Made by a program: the position numbers and the translations under genes | Part shown: positions 54,126 through 64,000 of the stretch, one piece after another | How the letters are laid out: the number at the start of each line of letters is the position of its first letter | How positions within the stretch are numbered: position 1 is the first letter of the stretch | NCBI GenBank assembly: GCA_964035545.1 | Contig: OZ037772.1 | Location: 7,548,889 to 7,612,888 of the forward strand | Length of the DNA: 64,000 nucleotides | Source: Bugula neritina | Lineage: Eukaryota > Animalia > Bryozoa | Reading direction: 5' to 3' | Notes under the pieces: generated by a model | What the model was told of the DNA's origin: nothing | The model's input: only the letters and a program-made list of their open reading frames with translations | The model's database searches: none

Positions 54126-55914
54126 TTAAATGTTTGAGCAGAAAAAGTAAAAATAAATATTTTGCAGTGTGTTTACTGTTTTGATGATGGTTTTAGGAAA
54201 ACATCTAAATTTACCATTCATGTACTTGTGACAGGCCTGTGTTTCAGCGATTATAGGAGAGTATAATTTTTCTTTAATAGAAATTGAGTCATGCAAGGGA
54301 AGCTGGTTTCCTTACTTTATTAAGCAAAATTTGCTATCACAACAACAGAAGTGTTGCTAGCCTTGATTTGGAAACATTTTATATTTATAACTCTGAAGCC
54401 TATTTTGAGACATTTGGCTGCATGTTGGATAGATTGCATAGCATCTTTACTTGCGCTAATACTTAGAAGCATTTACTTGGTTTTCCTATAGTTTTATTTT
54501 GAATGTTTTTATGATATATTGCAGAACTGTGGGTTCATTCTACTTGTAAGTATATTCCATAGGTCTAACTCAAACCCTGTGAATTTTCAAGTTAATATGG
54601 CAAGCTATGATGAAAGAAATGCTAAACTAGACAGGTAATAGAAAAGAAAGTCCGATAATTTTTTTAATTGTAATTTAAATTACTTAGCTTGCATTACTCA
54701 ACAGTATGGTAGCAGTGGTAGAACCAGCAGCAGCAGCAGCAGGAGTAGATTATAGTATAGTAGTATTGATAAAATGATTGATAGATTAGAACTGTAATTT
54801 TGAATATTAAAAATATGACAATGCCACTGTGCGCCATAAATTTCTTGTTGGCCATTAAAATCAGCCATTAAATCAGTTTTCTTTTGGCTAGAACAAGCAC
54901 TGCTGCCTGGACATAGTAATATATTATATGTATGGACTGTATGTTAATTATATGTAGAGGAATTATTTTTGCTAGCTTTAATAAAAAACCCTGCTCGTTT
55001 CTCATATTATTGTATTGTCAGTTTCAGCAATTTCAGGCCAGATAAATTTAAATTATACCTTGCAAATTTTAGGCCTGTTCCAGTCTACCTGTCAACACAT
55101 TTGTTTGATCTAATCTAATTATGATGGCCTTCCAAGCAATGTAGTTAGCAAAAGTGAGAGAACTAATATTGCTTTTTCAGCCTATATTATGTTTGAAACC
55201 AGTAAAATAATAGAAATCATGAAACTAGTAATAGGCAATCCTATAATGCTGTTTAATAAACTTATTTGCGCTGTTACTTTAGTGATTTCGACGCTGTTTT
55301 ATAAATTATTAGCAATCTTTTAAAAATGAATAAATATACATTTTCTTTTAGTATGTCACCAATTGGAATATTTTGACCTGTATACCTATCTAGTGGAGGT
55401 GTTAATTTGTAAACATATTGGTTTTACCAAGATCAGTGATTAAAGCAGTTGCTGAAAGCCAAAATAAAATGCTAACTAAAGTTCATATCTAGTGGGCTAC
55501 AATTTGCCAACTTCTATAAAGCATATAATAGCTAGTAATTGTTTCTATGCTGTACCACTTGACGGTCTGTTCTCTTTTACCTTACTCTATATTATGCTGT
55601 ATAAATTCTAGCACACCTATCTGGTTTTTAATCATTTCTTGCACCATATGCCAATAATTTTTACGTAGATGCATACAATCGGACAGCTGGATAGCCTGGC
55701 TATTGTGGAGAAGCATCATAACCACCTGCTTGGTGTTAGAGCTGAGTGCATATCAAGGTGGGTAGCACAACTTCTTAGTTCATAAGTAGCAGCGTAGCTT
55801 TTTAAAAGGTTTGACTATATTAAAATATAAACATTTTGTTATTGCACTAATACAATGATAAAAATATGAGCAAACAGTTTCCAATATAACTTGCTGCTGG
55901 TAAGATTTACAGTA

Positions 55915-56145
55915 TTTGTAGTAGAAACAATATTAGTAGTGGTAAAAGTAGTAGTAGCAGTAGTAGTAGTAGCAGTAGTAGTAGTAGCAGCAGTAGTAGC
56001 AGTAGTAGAAGTAGTAGCAGCAGCAGCAGTAGTAGAAGTAGTAGTAGCAGTAGCAGTAGCACTAGTAGTAGTAGTAGTAGCAGTAGCAGTAGTATAGTAG
56101 TAGAAGTAATAATAATAAAATAATAGAATTATTAGTAGTAGTGGT
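55915..56145. repeat. (AGT/AGC)n trinucleotide microsatellite
   Basis: Directly visible; explains the poly-T/A and poly-V ORFs. Confidence 0.92.
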
Positions 56146-59100
56146 GAAGTTGTTTTTGGTTCTGACGTTAGTACTGTTAGCGGTAGAGATGGTGTTGGTA
56201 GAAATAGGATTAGTGGTTGTGCACTCATAGTTGAAGGCATAAAGCATAAACCAGAATTGAATACATATATAACATAGATATGATATGACTTCTTATTTAT
56301 ATTGATTTACTATCTTGCATGAACATGGCATTTTCGCTATCAACATTAGTGTTTGTATTATACACTTTCACTAAACAAGCTTGTTAAATTTATAAAAAAT
56401 TATGTAGGTGATGACTGTTGCATATCTGTGTTTAATTTTGAAAATATCATGTTGCATAATTATTTTTTAGGTGTCTGGTGAGCGGACGACTTCATTTTCG
56501 GCTGCTTCATGGCACCTTTATTTTCGGAAAAGATGTAACCACTTGTAAAATCAGTTTTTTTATGGTGAACTTAACAATATAATGTTTAACAAAATTCTTT
56601 CTTGGTTAAAAATAAAGGTATACCGTCTTTGGCTTTCTGTTATTTCTATATTGTGTTCTTCTGTTGCTATGTGTAATTGATGAGATGACTCCAAACTCTT
56701 GCACATCCGCCACAATAAAGTATATAATTTTGCTATGGGCATCAAGATTTTGTTATAAGTAGATATAGTTTTGCAATGATAGTGTTGATGCTGCAGCAGG
56801 TAACATTCTAGTAGGATAAACCAAACAGAATTTAAGCTAAAACATTCTAAAAAAATACAGCATCGCTTGAGCCACCTTGCCTTCTCTCTTTTCTAGGCAA
56901 AAGTTGTTAGCTAAATAAGGAAAAGACAAATTAATGATTTCTGTGAGAGTTGTCTACTACAAAAATTACGTAGCAGATCATCATTAGTAACCATAACAAC
57001 ACGTACATGTTTACAGCACTCATGTGCTCTCTTTGTTCTGATTCGTCAACAGTAGCGCCCTAGACAGTCGATGTTATCGCACGAAAATATATTGTTTATT
57101 GCGGCTAATATCGCGAAATGGCAAAATGAGGATCGACCCTGACAGTCGTAAAAGCCGTGTGATGCACTGGCTGTCTAACAAATGACGTCTTAGATGGAAA
57201 TTTTACAGACGCTGGAATAGGATATCCACTCGAATTAATTTTTGGCACAAGTGAAACCATTTACTTTGCAGACAACAAATCATTGACAGTTAGACGTCTG
57301 TGCTTAGAGAATGGGGTCTGGAAAGTTAAAACTTTGTTCACTACCGACAAATTTGCTCTGGCACTCGCCTTAAGCCCATCTAAAGAGTTCATGTATATTT
57401 CTCACGCAGAAGGTCTCAATAGGTATTGTATGGTATGTAAGGATGCAGAAACTTTACTGATAGTTGAGACTAATGGAACTCACAATGATGGCGACTTACA
57501 GCTCTCAACTACAAGTCCTATTGAACACATTCTATTTATAGACAATGAAAACTTCCTGTTAGCCGACACAGATAATCACGTGATTCGGGTAGTTGAACTG
57601 AGAAAGTCTCGGATTAGCACTTTGTGTCAACCCCAATCTTCTCCCCTGCTTGCCGAGAAAGCTGGGGACATCAGAAACTGTGTACTAAGATTTCCTATAC
57701 ACCTGCTGAATATAAAAGATATCAAAGTCATTTTTATTTTAGGCCTTGACAGCTATTACTTTCTCCGTTACAGTAAGGCTTAACTTATTTTCTCAAAATT
57801 GTCAAACCAAAATTTTTTTTAAAAAAAGTAACCCTTTCTTGCTTGTTTTGATTAACAACTCTGCATATTACATATCTAGTTGAGTTAAAAATCATTTTGG
57901 TCTAGTATAAAAAATGCATATGCTAATTTTATCATTTTCCAGCAGTAAAAAAATTCTTTATCTATCTTGTGTTTATAGTTTTTAAACTAGTTTAGACACT
58001 GACACTCTTCAAGTAGTTACAAAACTAGTACTTGTGTACTTAAGATACATCACCATACTTTTTATATTTGCTAGACACCAATGGGAAGGCAGCAGATTAT
58101 TCGTTGTACCCACCGATTATTAAATCGAAAGCCTCTACTAAAACGACAAGCGAAAGATATACAACAACTCCAGATCTAGAAATAAATCTAACCGTAAATA
58201 GAGAACTTGCAACCCAAGCAAGTAATCCAAATGCAATAAAACCATCATCAACTAGAATTCCAAAAACAACAAAATTCTGGCAAACTCTAGCAGTCATGAT
58301 AGTTTTGGGTTTATTCACTTTAGCTCTTATGATTGTGATATTTTTAGTTGTTCTAGAATATACTTGATACTTTTCTTGTTTTCTGGTTGATTTGAACTCT
58401 ATACTCTATTTCTAACAGGCAACCCTTTTCTATTAGACTTTTGTATTATATGGTAACATATGGTATAATTACAAATTTAGAATTGATTGGCTAAATAGTA
58501 ATACACTGTGTATTTTACTTTGTCTTTGCTACACTACTAGTGTAGTATATGTGATACTTTTAAAATAAACGCAATTGTTTTATTGTATTATTTGTCTATA
58601 CGAATACTGTAAGTATTAGTTATTTGATAAAAACTAAATGTAAATATTAGATTAAATCTAGTCTTTCAAACTTAGAAACTTCAATTTTGAATATATAAAT
58701 TATAAACAGCTTTTAACTTAAACACTGAAGTTTCTGTGTAGGCCGACATCTAATAATTTAGTATCAACATTTTTTTTATTTAATAAATGGAAGTATTTTG
58801 TAATAGCATTTTTTAACATTTAATTATTGGGGTTGAACATCAAATACTAAAATTTCAATCAAACAAGTTGTTATAATAGACAATATTGAATGTTGATTCT
58901 TCATGAGTGATTAGCAATAAAAACGCAAACCTTCAAAAACTATGGTACTGATAGCAGTAAGATTGTTTGTACAGAAATCATCATCATGATAAGACTATGT
59001 ATTAAATGCAACTTTACTGCTACACGTATATACAAGGTTAACACAAAACGCTATCTCCTACTTGTAAACGCACAGCACCTTACAGAAAACTAATATCGCT

Positions 59101-59609
59101 CATTGAAATACACTATATATACTCTTGATGCTTCATGAAGTCTACAAAAGATAAATAAGTGCTGAAATATGCATAAATACATTTTATGAAATAAAAAAGG
59201 GTTTTTCTTTCTGAAGTATTTTGTGAAAATTAAATTCAGCAGAAATATTAACAACTTTTTATAATATCATCAGCAAAAAAGATGCTTAAAAATTGTGAAT
59301 TTATTAGTCATTTATTCTTATAGTTTTTTTATTTTGTGAATTTAAAGTTGTTTTACTTACGCAATTGAAATAGTATATGCAATTCATGTATATAAACTTT
59401 TTTAAGTAAAAATAATTATAATTTTTTTGGAGAAATATTTTTAGTGCACACAGACTTGTAAACAAAATGAATCAACATTCTTATGACACGCTGTCACACT
59501 AAAATGTTCAACAATTGATGGTTTGCAGAAATTATTTTCATAATTACATTTATTGTATAGTAGAACGGGAAACTAACCTCACAATTAGCAGCATTCAGAG
59601 GACCTAATC

Positions 59610-62600
59610 ATGATACTTTCTGTAACTGTTGTAAGTAACTGGTAACATAACTCCAAGTCAAATATTTATTTCTCATTTCTCAGTATAGTATCTTTTTGAA
59701 ATGTTATCTACCACCACCTATCTAATGTAATCTCTGCAATATCATGTATAATTACAACATTCACTTCACAAAGGAGCAGTCGTGGTCTAGGGGTTAGAGC
59801 GTTTGCCTAGGAAACACAAGTTCACATGGGTTCAAGCCTAGACAAAGGTCATACATTTGTGATGTTAGGAAGAGCATTTAGTCATAATTGTTTTTTGCCT
59901 CATTCAAATAAGTCCTTATGTGAAACCCTTTTTATTAGGAGTTTCTCACAGGGATAGTGACTATAAACTTGTGTGAGTTTTTTTCTAGGTGTAAATTTTT
60001 ATTATAATAATGAATGTGCAGCTTATATATTATAATCTAAGCTTATTTTAATATATTATATAGTAACTATAGGATATGAGTACATGAGCCTTTTTTGAAA
60101 AAAAACACAGGCTATGTGTGCGTGTGTGCGTGTGTGCGTGTGTGCGTGTGTGCGTGTGAGCGTGTGTGCGTGTGTGCGTGTGTGCGTGTGTGCGTGTGTG
60201 CGTGTGTGCGTGTGAGCGTGTGTGCGTGTGTGCGTGTGTGCGTGTGTGCGTGTGTGCGTGTGTGCGTGTGTGCGTGTGTGCGTGTGTGCGTGTGTGCGTG
60301 TGTGCGTGTGTGTGTGTGTTGTAGAAAGTACATTAGCAAAATAAAATCTAAATTAAAAACTTGCTGATGTCAAAAACGATTGAGATTGTCACTCACGTTG
60401 CTTTCATTCTTTTTTATAGATTTTCTTGACTTCAAGCTTGGCATTTGCTAGAGTAGAGTACAAAGAAGATGTAGCAGAGTAAGATATAATCTAATAAAAC
60501 TTGTTATTGCTATGTATGTTAAAGCCTATGTATTAGGGGGCAGCTGTGGTTTAGAGGTTAAAGTTTTTGCCTAGTAAACAGGTCATAGGTTTGAGCCCTG
60601 ACAATGGCCATAAGTGTTGTTGAAAATATTAGCATCCAATCAAAATTGCTCATATGCCGCATCTGAATAATTCCTCAGCTTGATTTAACAAAAACTCTTC
60701 CATCGAGGTTTCATTACAGGAATGGTGAACACAAACTTTCGCGATTGAGTATGTAGTCTAGGTATTGCAAATTGCAGATATGCTACTTGGCACATCTTTT
60801 TCAAGTATTGCAATTCAAGTTCCTTACATCAGTATGCATGTTAGTAACAAATAGTATGGCATGTTTTCTCTTCTACTACTGTGTACTCTATCTATACCTA
60901 CATCAAGTCGTGTTTGTAGTACTTGAAACAAAGCATCTAAATTCAGTCTATACTTGAAGCAAGTAGTATTTTAAAATCATATTCATAATACGTAATGCAC
61001 ATAACTCAGGTCATATTATTAGTATTTGATATGTGTATCTCATGTCATGTTTATGGTACGTGATCATGTACTCACCTCAAGTCATTTCAAGTTTCTTACG
61101 GTGATGTAATATATTACTTTTCTTGAGTGCTATTCACTCATCATTTCTTACCTCAATTAACTGTGCTATGTGCAGACATAATTTTAAGTGCATAACCAGT
61201 GAAAAATAATATCTATCAAATTGTTTATATGAAGAACAGGAGAACAAAATTACAAAATGCATAGCATGTGACTATAGTAAGAAAAGACAACTGCAAGTTA
61301 CAACAACTGTTTGCTTTTTTTCAGCTTAAAATTTGAAAGAGTAAACTTTGAAGGAAACGCCAGCGAAGCAAACGTTTCGGAAGATGTCTTTTTCAGAAGT
61401 ATTGCAGAAGACGCATATATTCCGGGAAATTATCTTGTATCTAAAGGATTTGCTTTGTACACAACTAAAGATCTGAATGAGGCTACCTTAATTGCTGGTC
61501 GGTTGGTAGACATGGGATATCAAGAAGGGATAGGAAGTGATGCTAGGTTTGGGGAAATTCTTGGAATAGTAGCATCCCCGACGAGCCGACAGACAACTTG
61601 GATAGCGGATTTCACCAACCATTGCATTCGTTGGATTGACCGCCAAACCAACATGGTGAATCATTTAACTGGAATGTGCGAAAATGATGAAAAAAAAGAT
61701 GGAAACTTTGATGAAGCCCGATTAAACACACCTTTGGAACTAGTTGCAGTAACAAGCTCTAAGATATATTTTACTAGTGGCCAAGAATATGCAATAAAGT
61801 GTTTGTGTAGTGAGAGCAATGTTTGGATAGTTAAGACTCTATACAACTTTGAAAAAAGAATCATTGGCTTTGCGTTGAATCCTTCTCAATCCATGGTATA
61901 TATATTACATAGAAAAGGAGTGGGCAGAATCAACAAATGGTTCAACGCTAAGAGCTATCAAGTAATTGTAAATGATTATCGCTATCACACTGATGGACGG
62001 CTTGAAGCAGCCAGCGTCAACTTTGTCTCAGGCATTCACTTCTTCGACGATAACAATTTTCTTTTAGCCGAAGCATACCTTCACGATCTCCGGGTAGTCC
62101 AACTTAGAAAATCTAGAATTTCTTCTATTTGCATACTTCAACCTCCAGAACTACCAGAAAAACTGAGCTCTGGTCGCATTAATGAATGCCACATAAGATT
62201 TCCAAGAAAGTTTGCAAGAGTTGCTGAAGATTCCAATAAAATAAGAATCATAGGATTAAGAAATCACTACAGCTTGGAATTTGGTTTGTATTCAATAATA
62301 TATAGTTATATATATTGCAACTTTTTAAGTCTTTTTAATTCTTTTGTTAGTAAAATGAAAAACAAGTGAAATTTCTATTTTACAACAAATGAAAGTAGCG
62401 GAACTATTTTACCAATTTCTGTTTTCATCTTTGGAATCTAAATTGACTAACAACATTAGATAACATTTTACCATCAAAAAAATTAGGAGACTTATGAGCA
62501 AAATTTTTTTTTCTATTTTTAGTAAATACCACCAAAGTCAAACAATCAGAAACCAAACCTACAACACTAACCACGAGGCAACAAGCAACAAAAGCAACAA

Positions 62601-63419
62601 AAACAACGGAAAAAACAAAAACACCAACAACAACAGAAACAAAAGCAACAACAACAACAGAAACAAAAACAACAACATATAGAAAGACAATAAAACCAAA
62701 CTCAAAAAAGAAACCAGAAATTGAAGTGACCACCAAAGTAAAGCCTGTGGAAACTGTTAGGCCATCTAATACCACAGACGACGTCGTGCTTGTTGTTACA
62801 CTTGAAGCGTTAGCCTTTTTGCTCATCTTTGTTCTGATCACCCTTGTGCTAAAATACTTTGACAATAAACCAAGTAAGTTTGAAAGCTTTTGATCAAACT
62901 TAGAGAATTAAAATTTTGCGCATCATTTAATAAATTTCTAAGAAGCTGCTTCCTTTTGATACACAAATCATGCTAAAAAACAATATTTGGTTTGAACATT
63001 TATCACTGTATCTATTTTTATGCTTACAGGCAGCTGGCTTTTATAGAATTTAAATGCCACAATAGAAATGTGTACACATGCAGTTTTATTCAAATTTAAT
63101 TAATTTTTTTCAAATGTGTACACAGTTTTATTCAAGTTCATGCAATTAATTTTTTTCAAATGTGTACACAGTTTTATTCAAATTTAATTGATTTTTTTAT
63201 ATCTATAAATGTTATTTTATTTTATATTTCAACTGACCATTTCATTCTAATTTGTTATAGCTTTCAAAAATTACTTTTGTAGAAGAGAAATTTGACCTTG
63301 AAGTGCAAGTGCAGTCTTCTGAAATGATGCTTGATAATAATAATGACAACCAGGCCATTGTATCAAACTCTTCTCTGTCTAAAAAAAAGAGACGTATAAG
63401 AAAACCTCAGAATATATAA
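59610..63419 (+). CDS. NHL-repeat beta-propeller type I membrane protein, copy 3, about 508 aa (exons 59610-59630, 60420-60478, 61325-62283, 62523-62873, 63283-63419)
   Basis: Spliced N-terminus [17 protein letters not shown] is a typical signal peptide. NHL motifs IAG...[36 protein letters not shown]; Thr/Lys-rich stalk; [25 protein letters not shown]. Same intron phases as copy 1. An alternative last acceptor at 63261 would give a shorter tail. Confidence 0.82.
59773..59978 (+). mobile_element. tRNA-derived SINE, copy 4
   Basis: Colinear with 9703-9914. Confidence 0.78.
60114..60319. repeat. (GTGTGC/GT)n compound microsatellite
   Basis: Directly visible. Confidence 0.95.
60537..60748 (+). 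mobile_element. tRNA-derived SINE, copy 5 (more diverged)
   Basis: Colinear with 9703-9914 with more substitutions. Confidence 0.7.
63066..63200. repeat. Three tandem copies of a ~45-50-bp intronic unit (AAATGTGTACACAGTTTTATTCAAATTTAATT...)
   Basis: Directly visible. Confidence 0.8.
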
Positions 63420-63665
63420 ACCAACTTCTTACAAAAAAGGATTCTATTTTGGTTAAAACAATCTTGATCTAACTCAGAAAGAGCAGAGGCAGTGAATTAT
63501 CTATTGCCTCGTGCAGCTAGATATGCTAACAGAACAGAAGTGGTAAAATATCTTTGCAGACTACCATTAGTTAAATATGAGCGACTGTTTGCTAAAAACT
63601 CCAAAGGAGTAACAGCATTACAATTAGCATGTGACCTCAAAAGATTACAGCCACATAGCACATAA
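63420..63665 (+). pseudogene. Decayed ankyrin-repeat relic related to the ankyrin-caspase gene, directly after the NHL copy 3 stop codon
   Basis: Translates AARYANRTEVVKYLCRLPLVKYERLFAKNSKGVTALQLA versus AASNGRTDVVEYLCSLPVKDELLFAKDNNGWTALH in copy B. Confidence 0.8.
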
Positions 63666-64000
63666 TTATCTTTGGTAGACTTAACGAGACATCACAGTAT
63701 GTATATAGTTTATTTCAGCCAGTGATATTAGCCTTCTTTGTAGAGCTGTGCATTTAAAAGTGAGAGGTTACTACATTGTGTTAACCTTGTATGTACATGC
63801 AGCTGTAAAATTGTATTTAATACATATTTTTATCACAATGATTTTTATACAAGCTATCTTGCTGTTATCAGTACTATAGAGTTGAAAAATTATTGTTTTT
63901 ATTTCTAATCACTTGTGAAGATTCAATATAGATTATGATAATAACTTGTTTGATTGAAATTTTAGTAAAAAAAAATCAGTACTAATAAATAAATGTTGTA

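Larger units (their letters stand above)
40192..57169 (-). mobile_element. 16,978-bp DNA transposon of the KDZ (Kyakuja-Dileera-Zisupton) group, apparently non-autonomous, with nested elements
   Basis: Perfect 8-bp TSD GCTGTCTA (40184-40191, 57170-57177); imperfect 9-bp TIRs CAGTATATC / GATGCACTG; CpG-rich ends; KDZ-like transposase remnants on the minus strand. Boundaries are firm; family assignment rests on motif recall. Confidence 0.85.
38481..58367 (+). pseudogene. NHL-repeat membrane protein copy 2, interrupted by a 17-kb transposon (exons 38481-38545, 39837-40191 + 57178-57772, 58075-58367; first exon not found)
   Basis: Removing the insertion and one TSD gives LTGGCL|TNDVLDGNFTDAGIGYPLEL, gap-free against copy 1 [26 protein letters not shown]. 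The 65-nt exon 2 has the same size and phase as in copy 1. A stop follows the TM helix directly. Confidence 0.88.

Noticed and set aside
55839-56247. Thr-rich or Val-rich ORFs resembling a mucin stalk or TM exon
   Set aside because: Translations of an (AGT/AGC)n microsatellite inside the transposon.
40192-57169. Insertion being an ordinary large intron
   Set aside because: Ends are CA..TG rather than GT..AG, a TSD is present, and the paralogues have no intron here.

Overview
AT-rich, intron-containing animal genomic DNA (invertebrate-like; taxon not determinable from the sequence). It holds an immune-looking cluster, all on the + strand. (1) There are two paralogous caspase-fold genes. Copy A is present only as its last six exons (619-3876). 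Copy B is complete (18120-28800, about 2,888 aa by my splice model): a single 7.3-kb exon of ankyrin repeats with 216-bp periodicity, spliced to a short degenerate pseudo-caspase segment and then a caspase domain with an intact but non-canonical dyad (ILSHG / LSYCRGG instead of QACRG). (2) Three diverged type I membrane protein genes follow (signal peptide, NHL beta-propeller, Thr-rich stalk, TM helix, short tail). The second is split in frame by a 16,978-bp DNA transposon with an 8-bp target-site duplication; the element carries decayed KDZ (Kyakuja-Dileera-Zisupton) transposase exons and nested elements. Decayed ankyrin and caspase sequence sits just downstream of the stop codons of two NHL genes, hinting that the two families were once fused or interleaved. 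Upstream of copy B is about 12 kb of tandemly duplicated non-coding DNA with about 12 copies of an X-box+forkhead-like composite motif, a near-perfect 830-bp foldback element, minisatellites and a SINE. All gene models were built by eye from GT/AG sites, reading-frame phase and paralogue comparison; no database search was run.
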